This document shows, piece after piece, positions 40,553 through 53,230 of a stretch of DNA of 64,000 nucleotides. Position 1 is the first letter of the stretch; every line of letters begins with the position of its first letter. The stretch is from the NCBI GenBank assembly GCA_964016885.1, contig OZ024740.1:61442001-61506000 (forward strand), given 5' to 3'. The notes under the pieces are model-generated. The model worked only from the letters and a program-made list of their open reading frames with translations, was not told where the DNA came from and did not search any database. Made by a program: the position numbers and the translations under genes. This DNA is from Eledone cirrhosa. Taxonomy: Eukaryota.

Positions 40553-40615
40553 GGTTGAGAATGGCAGACATTGGGGTTTCAAGATTTGTTAATCTTTCAT
40601 CAGTGACACTCAACC
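40553..40615 (-). ncRNA. Type-I hammerhead ribozyme with intact core, sense to the host pre-mRNA
   Basis: GGTTGAG TGTCA CTGATGA AAGATT aaca AATCTT GAAAC cccaat GTC TGCCA tt CTCAACC: all core nucleotides are present and all three stems form. Confidence 0.82.
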
Positions 40616-40659
40616 AGTACTGACATGGAAACAGACTAGAGTCTATGTAGAATTTTGCG

Positions 40660-42240
40660 TGATAAAATGTTTAGAAAGGCCCTATGAGATGCATATGACG
40701 AGAGGGGAAATGAGTTAGATACATATGACAGAGGACAATAAGAAATTCTTATGTGACAACCTATTGCAAACTACAGATGAGATTTGTGGCTGGAGCAAAG
40801 CACCAGCAAGACATAGGGTGACCTAATGGTAGAAAAGTACAGTGGATAGAAGCTTTAAGGTCAAGAGAAGGCATGGAAAAACTGGAAAAATGGTGGTAGC
40901 AGAGACCACTACCAGGTAGCTAAGAAATAAGCTAGATGACAGATATACTTAGCTAGAAAAGTGACTGAAAAAAGAAAGTTTACTAATGTCCTACGATGTG
41001 AAGATCAGAGATGAGATGTGTTTCGCATTGCAAGGTAGAGTCAGTGTGAATTAGTATGTTGTTGGGGAAAAGTGTGTTCAGAATGACACAGGGTTGATGA
41101 AGTAATCAAAGAGATGAAGCTGTAGATAAAGATGTAGGACTCACAGATAGTCACCAAGATGCTAAAAACATCTAGAGAAATAGGAGCTGAACTAGTAGCA
41201 TACATAATCAATCAGATAATATAGGACGGAGTCATACCCAATGACTGGTGCAGCAGTACAATTGTAAATTGCTACAAGGGCAAAGCCAATGCTCGAGAAA
41301 GAAGCAACTACAGAGGAATAAAACTAATAGATGAAATGATCAAAGTGATAGTTCTAGCACAGCTAATTAGGGAAAGAGTCAAATTAAACGAGATGAAGTT
41401 TGGTTTGAAACAATTCTAAAAGAAGTTCCTAGTCAAGAATATGCCACTAAATTTAGCTTTTGTGATTTAGAAAAGGCCTTTGACAGTTTATCTTGATCTG
41501 TTATCTGATGGTCTTTTAGGAAATTAGGTGTACAGAGGAGTTGTCAGTAAAGTAAGAGTAGGAAGTGAGTTTAGTGAGGAATTTAAGATACAGGTAGGAG
41601 TTAATCAGGGTTTTGTTCTTAGCCCACTACTGTTTATTATCATTTTCCAGGCTATAATACAGTAGTTTAAAACTGACTTCCCATGTGATTTTCTTTATAC
41701 AGATGATCTGGTTCCTACACCTCGTTCTATAGAAGAACTAGAGAATATGTTCTGACTGTGGAAACAGAATTTACAATCAAAGGGGCTGAGAGTAAATTTA
41801 GAAAGTGCAATGCTGCATGGTAGTAAAACATAGACAATGACTGCAGAGGACATGCATAGGCTGGAGAGAAATGAAGCAACCATGCTTTGTTGGATGTGCA
41901 ATATAAATGTGAGAGAATGGCAGAGCTTGGATGAACTGAGGAAGCTGGGTTTAAGAGGAATCAGAAGTGGTATGCAGGAGAGAAGACTGGGTTGGTATAG
42001 ACATGTGATGTGCATGGATGATGATTACTGAGTGAAGAAATGCCAGGAAATCCCAGTAGAACAAATCTGTTGTAGAGCTCGGCCATGGAAGATCTGGGCA
42101 GAGGTAGTGAAAGCTGATCTCAAATCACTGAGCTTCACAGAGGAGATGATGAAGGAATGTGATGATTGGGAAAATGCTGTACTGAAAAGGCTCCGTCCAT
42201 GCAAGCATCTAAAAACGCATGTAAAAACGATGATGATGAT
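40660..42240 (+). mobile_element. Old fragmented RTE LINE
   Basis: Degenerate DWCSS.IVNCYKGK, DLEKAFD, NQG.VLSP and RRLGWY motifs, with a (GAT)n tail. Confidence 0.85.
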
Positions 42241-42439
42241 ATGCACACACACTGAGATCTGCAAAGAATTTAATTTAACACTTTTGTTACCAAACCACCT
42301 AAAGCTACCAATTGGTTCTATGATACAAAATTGTTTGTTTTAAAGTGTTTATATTTATGAAACCCTAGTTTAATAATGAGAAAGTTATATCGTATCCCTT
42401 TAATTTCTTAATTATTTTCAGAATTATTTAAAATCACAG

Positions 42440-42805
42440 GTGCAGGCATGGCTGTGTGTTTAATGAGTTCACGTCACAACTACATGGTTTTAGGTTCACT
42501 CTCACTACATGACACCTTGAGCAAGTTCCTTCTACTATAGCTTTGGGTTGACCAATGTCTTGTGAGTGAAATTTGGTAGATGGAAACTGTAGAAGCTCAT
42601 CATATATCTACATATATATATATATATGCATGTGTGTGTGTTTGTGTTTACAGCCAGTAACTTACCAGTTCAACAAAAAGAAATTGATACAATAAGTGCC
42701 AGATTTAAATTAAATAAGTACTAGGGTTGATATAATCAAACTAAATCCATTGAAGATTGTGTCCCAGCATGAGTGTAGTCTAATGAATGAAACCAGTAAA
42801 TGAGT
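42440..42805 (+). mobile_element. Old tRNA-derived SINE (family also at about 325, 2935, 3785, 18370, 43490, 50750, 55075 and 55540)
   Basis: GGCATGGCTGTGTG head, CCTTGAGCAAG, GTGAGTGAAATTTGGTAGATGGAAACTG. Confidence 0.7.
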
Positions 42806-44444
42806 GTCTTTCATTAGAAATACAGTAATGAAAGGGTTTAAACACTTTTGGCTGTCTAAGACATTCTTTGATTACTAATATTTGAACATAATGGAAAGAA
42901 TGTTAGGTTATATCTGAAATGAAAGCAACAAATTACTTTAAACAAACAACAAAAATAATGTAATCAAATTGTGTAGAATCAACAGTGTAAGCTACTTTTA
43001 TTATATGATCCACAGAGTGAGTAGGAGTCAGCTAAGTGGCACTTCTATGACAATGGATGTAAATATATTGTTTTACAACTAAGGAGTCATGTAAAAGTTA
43101 TTTTCTTAAGTCTAGTTTCTGTTTAATGTGTTTGTAAAAGTATCTATGCTTGGGTAAAAATGTATACAGTACATTCCAATTGAATAGATTCAATAGATGT
43201 ACTTAACAGTGAAAAATAAAAGAGAAAGAAAAGCAATTCATATCTGACTATTAAGTCATTATATAAGAAAGGAAATAACTGAAAATAAGGTAAATGACAT
43301 GGTAGGAGATTAATACTATGAGAAATATATTTTAAGCATTGTACTTTCCCGTAGCTACCTTATCTACCAATCAATTACATAGCAGTATAGAGAAAATCTT
43401 TTAACTTAGTGAACAAGAAGGAAGGAGGGAAGATGGTTGCTCAAATTCTAAACCAGTCGTATGTAATGACAAGTGATGAATGAGAAAAAATAAGCATAGT
43501 TGTGTGGTTAGAGAATTCACTTCACAAACATGGTTTTGGATTCACTTCACAAACATGGTGCCTTGGGCAAGTATCTTCTAATAGTTTCAAGTTGACCATT
43601 GCCTTGTGAGTGAAATTTGGTCAACAAAAACTACAGAAGCCTGTCATTATACACACACACACACACATAACTGGTTGACTTAAGAAGCATTGGGAAAATT
43701 TGAAACATACTCAATCCAATGTAAATGACAATACTAATAGTATTTTTCGTCATCCACTTACTCCTGGGAAGCTCATAAGGACAGAGTCCTCAGACATGCC
43801 TTCTAGATGGTCTTATTAGAACCATCTGTTTCCAATTGATCTGGTTGGATCCCTAAGCAAGATCAATCAAGCTAATGGATGTTATCCAACCATCTTGCTT
43901 GTGGTCAGTACTCGGATCTATTTCCAGTTGGCTTTGGCCATAAAATCTGTCTGGCAATTGTTTCCTTAAACATTGTAACTACATGTCCATAGCATTAGAG
44001 TTGTGATTTCTCCATTCAGATCTACCAGAAGTGAGTCTCTGATCTCTGAGCTACACACCCTTTATAAAGTATCTTTACTTCAGATACCCTTCAGAGGAAC
44101 CCCATTTGGGCTGTTTGTCCCACCCTTGCAAGCAGGGAAAAACAGACATAAAATGATGATGATGATGATGATAATATTCGCATCCAGCCCACACTGTAAA
44201 GTGGTTGTATAGGTGTCACAGCAAAAAGCACCCAGTACTCACTGTAAATGAGGTTGGCACTAGGAAGGGCATCCAACTGTAGAAACCAAGCCAAAAATTG
44301 GTTCTGTATGAGCAAGAGATGGTCACCTGACCTGGCATTGCTTACAACAGAATAACTTGTCTAATCCATGTCAGTGTAGAAAAATGAATGTTAAATGGAG
44401 ATGATTATTTGTCATTATTTAAGATTTATGACCATAGGTAATAA

Positions 44445-44625
44445 TTGTTTCTACTTTTGGCACAAGGCCAGCAATTATCCAGTACATTACTGGTACTTTA
44501 TTTTATCGACCCCGTAAGGCAAAGTTAACCTCGGCGGAATTTGAACTCAGATCATAAAGAGACGTAACTCTATACTTCAAAGCATGCTGTTTGACTCTAC
44601 CGATACTGCCAATCCACTGCCCTCC
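44445..44625 (-). mobile_element. OK-like tRNA SINE (also about 9230, 14830, 24950, 31680 and 58380)
   Basis: Minus strand GAGTTCAAATTCCGCCGAGGTTAACTTTGCC...GGGGTCGATAAAATAAAGTACCAG. Confidence 0.7.
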
Positions 44626-44901
44626 ATAGGTAATAATAATTCAATCACTATAAATAATAGCTGGGTAAATCAGGTAAAATGCTCTTGGAGATGGGGTAAA
44701 ATGAACATAGGCACCTTTGCCACCCCACCTCCCTCCCCCAAAAAAGAGTTTAAAAGTTAAAAAAAGAGAGTTTAAAAAAAAAAGAGTTTAAAAAAGAGTT
44801 TAAAAAAAAAGTTTTAAAAAAAGTAAACAAAAAAGCGTCAATGATATGAAAGCAAAAGTTCTTTTCCACATTAAAAAGTAGTCAAAGAGGTCTTCACAAA
44901 C

Positions 44902-44974
44902 CTTTATAAAAAAATAAACCATAGTCAACATGAACACACCAACGTTGCTTCCAGGAACGGAGTCCAGAATTTTC
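44902..44974 (-). CDS. PLEKHA7: PH-domain exon (ENSGLRSWKQRWCVHVDYGLFFYK)
   Basis: ttacag and gtttgt splice sites. SGLR.WK.RW..L..YK is the PLEKHA PH signature. Confidence 0.92.
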
Positions 44975-45734
44975 CTGTAAAGAAAACGTTATCATAAATA
45001 ACCAAAAGAAACATACAATAAAAGAAAAGAACATTCTTTTATTGGTTTCAGTCAAACTGTGCACATGCAAGACTGCAACCCTAAAAAGAGTCAAGTCCAT
45101 CACCCCAGTAATAGTATATATTTTATTGATATCTTTTTGTTAAACTGTTAAGTTATGAGAGATAAACAGATATATAATCAAAACATAAATAGAAAAAAAA
45201 AACAAAAAAAAAAAACGGATCTATCATTTTTGAAATTAATAGAATTTATTAATATGAATTGAAATTGATAAAAAAAAACTTTTCTTTTGAGTTACATAAA
45301 ATTTGAAGGAGGAAGAGGAATAAGAAGAGGGAGAAGAAGGAGGGGAAAGGAGACAGTAAATAGGTTGACATGTTAGAATGCCAGATTGCAGTATTTGTAC
45401 CAGCTCTGAGCTCAGACTTCAAATTTTTCCAAACTCAACTTTGCCTTTCACCATATGGTGATGATGGTGGTGGTGGTGGTAGTAGTAGCAGCAGCAGCAA
45501 TAGTTGTAGTATCAAACTAGTACTTAGCTCATTCCCACACAAAAAATAATAGATTATTATTTAAATTATGCTATAAATATCAGCCCCAAAGTTCTTATGA
45601 ACATTTTTTATAGATAAGTATAAAGGAAATGTTTGTAGATTTTATGAGATTTTTTTCCCTCATAAATAGCCTCCTATTAAGTTAATGAGTGCCCACAACT
45701 TGACAGTAAAACAGTTCATTGTCAATATACTTAC

Positions 45735-45810
45735 CTGTACTGTTAACCACCCACTATGGATGACTTTAGAATTACTCATTCTTTTGGCCTCTGGTGCTTT
45801 AGAAATTACT
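45735..45810 (-). CDS. PLEKHA7: PH-domain start exon (VISKAPEAKRMSNSKVIHSGWLTVQ)
   Basis: ttgcag and gtaagt splice sites. KR...V..GWL..Q matches the PH beta1 strand of PLEKHA4-7. Confidence 0.88.
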
Positions 45811-46187
45811 CTGCAAACAAAACAAAAAAGAAAACAAAAAAAAGGAAATGAATTATATTCATTCTACTCAAAACAAAATATATAAAGAGATTTTTAGTAA
45901 TATAAACTAAATGCAGTAATAAGTATTTTGAATCCTGACATCATATGATGGTACATTTATTGAAGATATTTTATGTAAAAACATACACAGAATCAATTAT
46001 ACATTAACTGAACAAGCACTCAGAAAAAGGTTGCAGTGACTTTGAAGTTGTGGATTTAATAAGTCTCTTCAAAGTGCAAAGAGAGTGTGTGTGGGTGATT
46101 GGGTGGGTGGGGTTTCAATTGGTGGGGGGGGGGGGGGGGGGGGGGGGGTTTAACCACAGTAAGTAAGGCACTCAATACATGATAGAG

Positions 46188-46603
46188 TATATACAAGATT
46201 TAATATAGAAATAGCTTCTACAGGACTAGAACTGTTTCATTTCATCATCATCATTTCATTTTACGTCCGCTTTTCCCTGCTTGCAAGGGTGGGATGGGAA
46301 CTGATTCTTGCTTGATTTCTACAGCTGGATGCCCTTCCTAACACCAACCTCATTTACAGTGAGTACTGGGTGCTTTTTTGCCGTGGCACCTCCACGACCA
46401 CTTTACAGTGGAATGATAGGGAACCCAGTCCCTATCATCTCATTTCTACAGCTGAGTAAACTGGAGCAATGTGAAATAAAGTGTCTTGCTCAAGGAAACA
46501 ACACATCACATGAAGGAAATCATCAGGAAAGCCCCTAATGATTTCCTTCGAATGAAACAGTTCTAGTCCTGTAGAAGCCATTTCTATATTAAATCTTGTA
46601 TAT
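46188..46603. ncRNA. Head-to-head inverted pair of hammerhead motifs; minus copy interrupted by a SINE, plus copy with a CUAAUGA core
   Basis: Arms 46188-46243 and about 46551-46603 are inverted repeats. Each strand reads CT(G/A)ATGA TTTC CTTC..GAA(A)T GAAACAG ttctagtc CTGTA GAAGC. Confidence 0.68.
46244..46510 (-). mobile_element. 5'-truncated CORE-type SINE inserted in a hammerhead stem II loop
   Basis: Near-identical to 40058-40330. Confidence 0.88.
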
Positions 46604-47620
46604 ATATATATACATATATCTAGGGAGTGTAGTAATGTGCAGCTACTGTAGGTTTACCCAGGTGAACACTCGATGCGTAGATTCACGTCTGTAACGAGGT
46701 GAAGAGTTAAACAGAGTGTAAATATAATAATAAAAGGACGATTTGTTATGTCTTCACTAAACATAAGGGAGACATAACAAATCATCCTATTATTATTATT
46801 ATAATATATATATATAATATTGCTGGTATTGGCTACCTTTCTGAAAAAGAGAACTCAAAACATGAGTAAAGTATGTACTCTCGGATCTCAGATAATCGCC
46901 CCCCCCCCCCCCCTCATATTAATTTTTCAGATTTTTTCCAAGCCCCTACTCTTATCCTCCACCCCTGCTTATTAAATATTACAAATCTAACTCCAGTGAA
47001 ATTTTATTTTAAGTGATAGCATTCCCATGATAATTTTCTTTAGACTTTAAAAAACATTATACATGACAAGACATCCCATGTTATAAAATAAATATGATGG
47101 TCTTAATATGTAAACTAAACGACTAATGCTGGATTTAAAAAAAAATCAGGGGAGACAACTTTAAAAAATTACCGACTCCCTCCACTATTTGGGCCCCGAG
47201 AGTACTTTTATTGAAGATGAACCTACATTGCAATGAAACTGATTAGTAATTATGAGACATTATATCTTCTTATATGAGACATATCTTCTATACACTCTCT
47301 CCCCACCACCCACAATATTTACTGATATCAAGACAATTTTGCTCAATGAATAAACATATAATTAACGTGTTATTGACCCAACTAGCAATTCAAGTTTACA
47401 CTGATATATGAAAACTGAACAATGTTGTGAGTTTGAATTATGTTGTTGAAAGTTGGCCAGACTTTAGTTTCCACATCACATACTATATACTATTCTGACC
47501 ATAATTAACATTCATGACATTTATCAGAGTGCATTGCTATCAAAATTGTTGCTTGATTTCGAATACAAACAAAAATAAATTCCTAATTAACATTTGAATA
47601 GATAAGAAGGAAATACATAC

Positions 47621-47664
47621 CGTTGTTTACCTGAGGCTTTTTTACTTTGACTGTATTGTGGAAC
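47621..47664 (-). CDS. PLEKHA7: PLEKHA5/6/7-like gene, 44-nt exon (VPQYSQSKKASGKQR)
   Basis: Pyrimidine tract with caatag acceptor and gtatgt donor. Phase 0 in, phase 2 out, which fits the exon at 45810. Confidence 0.7.
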
Positions 47665-48480
47665 CTATTGATGAAGAAGTAAAAAATTAAAAAACTTAGC
47701 AAATATTTGAATGGTTTAATACAGAGAAACTTTAAAGTATCAAAGTTAAACTTTTTATTGGCCTCAGTTGAACTGTGGCAATGCTTGGGAATTGCCATAA
47801 AAGGATTTTTTAGTTCTCATTTATTTAAATTATTTTTGTCAAACTGCTAAGTTATGAGACATAAGCACAGACAAACATAAATACAGACATGGGCACACAC
47901 ATGTGACTATATATATCATCATCACTGTTTAACGTCCATTTTTCTTCACTAGCATGGGTTAGACAGGTTGTCCTATATGAGGTAAGTCGAGGTCAGATGA
48001 CCATGTCTTGCTCACACAGAACTGATTTTAGCTTGGTTTCTATAGCTGGATGCCCTTCCTAACACGAACTACATTTACAGTGAGTACTGGGTGCGTTTTT
48101 TTGTGACACCTACGTAACCATTTTAAATGGTGATGATGATGTATATGTGTGTGTGTGTGTGTATATATACACACCACCACCCTGCAGATGTAGTGCGTGT
48201 GCCCGTGCGTGCACACTTCTGGTGTTTGTCTTTATCTATGGGGTAGTTGTTTGCATTCTCAGTCTGGTAGTATGGGTATGTATGTGTGTGTACACACTGT
48301 ATGTGTATGTATTTTTTGGTGTATGTGTTTTTGTGTGCATGTGGTCATGCCTGCTGTGTAGCTGTTAGATACTGGGGCTAGAGGGGTAAACTTGTAGATC
48401 CTCGGTTAGTTATGCAATACTGGTGCTCAGTGTTGGAGCTAGATTGGGGTTGTAGTGTGGGTGAGCAAAAAATGGAGCCC

Positions 48481-48830
48481 AAAGAGGAAAGGGGGTGTTG
48501 TGTGTGTTTACTGTGGGGCTGATAAAACTATGCGTATGTGCATTCTGTTCAAGTGTGGTGTAAACACCTATGAGTATGACTTAGTGGTGATATAGCTGTG
48601 TATATTTTCTGCCTTTGGTTGCGTGCATAAACACCGACTCATCAAAACACATAAAGAAGGGGAATGAGGTGTTGTGTGTGCTTACTGAGGGGGTGGGGTG
48701 ATAGCGCTATGTACATGTGCTTTCTGTTTCAGTGGGGTGCACACATCTATATGTTCATCTTCATAGTGATGTAGCTATGTATGCATTCTGCCTATGGTTG
48801 CATGTACAAACACAGACTCACGAACACAAA
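48481..48830. repeat. Diverged ~170-bp tandem dimer
   Basis: GGTGTTGTGTGTG.TTACTG...TTCTGCCT.TGGTTGC.TG.A.AAACAC.GACTCA occurs twice. Confidence 0.6.
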
Positions 48831-48834
48831 TGAA

Positions 48835-49200
48835 CAAATTGTGGAAGCATGAATAAAGTGTTAGGATGATTGCAGAAGAAATAGTTTTGGATAAAAATTT
48901 AGTTCACTGAATTTTAACATGTGAAAAATTAGAGCAAAACTAGTGCCCTTATCTGTGCACTTATCTGTGGAACAAAAAGTGAACCAGTCGGAAATTTATC
49001 AGGATTTGCTTGCAAGACTCAAAAGTGAGCTAAATTTCTTGGATAAAGTAATAACAAAAAATGAATCATGGGTGTTCGAGGATAATCCCGAAACAAAACG
49101 GCAAAGTGAGGAGTGGCACACTAAAAATTCTCCTTGTCTGAAGAGAGCCTACAGGGTGAAAACAATGATTATCATTTTTTCAATAGCTGTGGCATTGGTA
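48835..49200 (+). mobile_element. mariner transposase DDE remnant
   Basis: FLDKVITKNESWVFEDNPETKRQSEEWH resembles the mariner I.TGDESW..Y.PETKRQS..W motif. A second likely mariner remnant lies on the minus strand at about 49920-50340. Confidence 0.8.
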
Positions 49201-51099
49201 AAATAAAGTACCAGTCAAATAATAGGGTCAATATAATCGACCCCCCCCCCCCCCCCCACACACACACCTCCCAAATTACTGGCATTGTACCTAAATTAGA
49301 AATCATTTATTTTATCTATTTATTTACTACCTATTTTATTTATTTATTATTTCATTTTATTTATTTATTTATTTATTTTTGCAGACACAAATACAAACAT
49401 TTCAAAAGAAAGGTCACAATCAGAAAATGTAAAAAAATTTTCAAGAACAAAAACGCAGTAATCCTTTCAAAGCAAGTGCTGGAAATGATTTTAAGTGTTT
49501 GTTGCATGTTTTTTTGCCCCTTGAATAGAAAATATCAAAGGTTTATAATCTTAAGCCATGACATGAACTTTGCAATTTGATATTCAAAAACAGATTTCAG
49601 CAGGTAAAGTAATACAAGCACAACATGAAACATTCTCACATGTTTACAATGAGTTGACTAATAACTTGACTTCTTTTTTAAAGCTACCCACTTCTTCTGA
49701 ATAAATTATGAATAGTGAAAAGAAAAATAGAATATGAGACAGTAAATAAATCAGTTCAACTGAACAAAGAATTTTTTTCTATATAAATAACCTAATATTT
49801 GAAGGGAAGTAATCCAGTCTCAGATATCTTTGAAAGAATGTTTTTGTTAAGAAACATTCTATAATAAGGGTAGGTATGGCTATGTGGTTAAGGAGTTTGC
49901 TTCACAACCATGTGATATTATAAGTTATCTCCTTCAAAATATGACCCTTGGGAAATCACACAGTGGTTCCAACATTTTCCCAATTGATCGTAATAGTGTC
50001 AAAAGTTATTTCCTGTGAGTGTCCTTAGCTCATCAGTTACAATTTTTCGTATGTTTGCCACAGTCCCAAAATGATGACCACTCAACTTTCATTTCAGCTT
50101 AGAGAAGCGGTAGAAACCACATGGAGTTAGATCAGGGCTGTAGGGAGGATATGGAAGAGTGGAAACATTTTTTTTAACCCAATATTCTCTAATTGAAAAT
50201 TACTACATGAGCAGGTGCATTATCGTGGTGCAGTACTTAATCTCGCTGGACCCGTTGTCATAAATATCAAGCCAGGTAATATCTATATCTTAAAGTTAGC
50301 ATATCTAAGTTTCTTAGCTATATGGAGGACAGTAAATAATGGTTTAGTCATGAAAAGTTTGTCCTTTGTTTTTACAATGTGGAAATGTTGATTCTTTGAT
50401 GATTTATAGAAACAATCTTTAGATTTTTTTTCAACAATATGTAATTAGTACTTGTGCCATGACAAAACACATGTAGTTTACTTTGTAAAGTGGTAGTGCT
50501 GGTGCCACAACAAAAAACACCCAGTCTACTCTGTAAGGTGGTAGTTTTAGTGCCACAAAAAATCTGCCCTATACATAAGAGGCTGGCATGAGGAAGTGTA
50601 CATCCAGCCATAGAAACCAAACTAAGAATAGAATGTATGAGCAAGACATGGTCACCTGACATATCTTGCATCTAAATATAACCTGTCTAACCCATGCAAC
50701 AACAAGAAATACATGTTAAATAATGGTGAAGATTATGATGATTTAAGGGCATGCATGGCTGAGTGGTTAAGAAGTTTGCTTCACAATCACGAAGCCCCAG
50801 GTTCAATGCCACTGCTTAGCATCTTGGTCAAGTGCCTTACACCATAGCCTTATGTCATTCCACACCTTGTCGGTGAAACTGGATATGTAGAAACTATATG
50901 GAGGCCACTGATGGGCAGCATTTTTTATTCAAAGGTGCAGCCTTGTTATGCTATGTCATGATTTTACTTGACATTTATGTTAAGGGTACAATAGGTTATT
51001 CCCATCAATCGTCGAATACACCCGTATTTGAATTGGTGAAACAAACCAAGTATGCCGAAATATAGGTCAATTGAATAATATTTAGAGGCTCCACACTTT

Positions 51100-53230
51100 C
51101 ACATCTTTTTATTTATGATATTTTGGACCTGGCCTGTGGTATATTGTCCTTTCTGTTCACTTTTCTGAATCCAATGAGGAAACCACACAACAGAGCAAAA
51201 TGAAAATAAGCAGGAGGAATATGTTCTAAATACACAATAATATTGGGGTTAATTAGCGAAACACTTTTTATGGATGAAATTTATAACCTGAAACAGTTCC
51301 CTTTGTCCTCTGGGGGGACTTGTTGAAATGATAATAAGCAGACAAATGAAATGAAAATAAACAGAAAAAAGATGTTCTAAATACACAATAATTTTGGGGT
51401 TAAAGAGAGAAATACTTTTTATGGATGAAATTCATAACACATTTTTTATAGATCTCTCGACTTACATGATGTGAGCTTAAGTTCTTTGAACAGAACTATC
51501 TTGATCACATATATGGCTTTAGCCATCCAATGAGCCTGGTGGTAAGCTCCTGGGACCAAGAAGGAGAACTGGCTAATCACCAAGATAGAGAAAGGAGAGC
51601 TTTATGAACTAGGCTTAGTTTTCTTGGGGATGATCTCCAGAAAGCAGAACAATAAAGTAGATATTCAACCATCTTCTCCCTCTTTTACTTATAAAAATCT
51701 ACCATGAGTTCATCATTGTCATCCAGGATAATGAGATTTATCGAAGGAGTCCCAACATTTCTGGAACTTTTTGAAAATTGGGATACCAGGACCAGATAAT
51801 GAGAAAAAGATCTCAAAGACTTTCTTCAAAACCAGTTAAAAAATGTTGCAGTGGCAAAAGGGATTTTTTCAGAGCTGCTTCAATTTTCATACTGGCTCCT
51901 TGGTACATGCAGGTGTTACTGGAAGTAGTGTTAGGACATACCAATTATTCTCTCTTCAATTTTGAGTTGTTGAATTTACTTCAAAACAACTTCAGTGATT
52001 TGTTGTCTGGTATCTCTTGCAATCGGAACACCTAAGAACTCCTTTCCTTTAATTTAAACTGCAATCGAATCTTCAATTTTGTTGAATTGGGAAGCTGATG
52101 GTAATAATTCTCCATCCCAGTAGAAGACTAGGCAGGTTTTGTCATCAGGTGGTAAAGCTGATAACTCGATTTCCTGCATCGTCATCTCATGGTGACTGGT
52201 TCTTGCTTGAAAAACAGTTGGGAGGGAAACCGAGAGTTCAGATACATCAGGACCAAGACTTTTTGCAATTGTGATGTAAGAAGTATTTGCTTGTTATACT
52301 GATAGTTTCTCTCATTCCCAAGAGTGGCATCGAGTGCCAGCTTCATTTGTGGTGATTTTGGGGTGATGCTGACTTGAAGATTTCATCATCATCATCATCC
52401 TCATTAATAGTTGAACTGGATGATGAATTTTCAAGAGCTACTTTTCCAGACATCTTGACTTTTTCATCCTGCTTTCTTTTTCTTACTTTCATATCAATCT
52501 TTTCCTTCTTCTGAATGGCTCTCACATGTTCTGCCCCAGTGATGAATGTAGACATCTGATCTCCCTGCTGTGTCTCAAGGAAAGCTTTGTCTTCAGATAG
52601 GACTCCTTTCCAAATCTCACATTTTGTAATTGCTTTTGTCAATCCTCCTTGATTTTTTTTTTGATACTCCTTATACAATTTCTCAATGAAAGTGCCAATG
52701 TTTTTTTTTTCTGATTTGATTGGGGTATTTACTTTTCCTCACACTTCCTGGATCTGCTGGTTAATGTTTTTTAGGGAAACTGAAATTGTCTCCCGTATTC
52801 GATGTGTAGGTAGAGAAAACACAAGAGCACTGAGCACTTCTTTTTTGGAACGGAGTTGAGTCTGAGGTAACTGTCCTTCAGGCTTTCTCTCAAGCAGCAA
52901 AATGGCCTTCTTGGTTTCCATTTTCAAATGTAAAATGATTTCTATACTTAGTTTAAGGTTCATTTCTTTTTCATTTAGGACCCTTTAAATGGTAAAAATG
53001 CTTCCTGCATGTACACAGTCAAAATCGGACAAAAAATGCAACCTGGCTATAAGCAACAAGTGTTGAAGTAAATGTTTTGTATATTTTTGACATAACACTC
53101 AAAAAGTACCAAAATATATTTGTATCTCCTTGTATTTTCGCCTTAATATGAAATGGATCCAGGGCATAATTGACATGATGTGATTCTAACAAAAAAGAAA
53201 TTCCCTATATATATATGAAACAACCTAGAA
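51100..53230 (-). mobile_element. Degenerate hAT-superfamily (hATm-like) DNA transposon
   Basis: PGAYHQAHWMAKAIYVIKIVLF at about 51495-51555 (HxARWMAKAIY-type motif). Broken ORFs 52343..52963 and subterminal direct repeats at 51195-51440. Confidence 0.65.

Noticed and set aside
50991-53228. TAGGTT... terminal inverted repeats for the hATm-like remnant
   Set aside because: The match is short and imperfect with no 8-bp target duplication, so the ends were left approximate.
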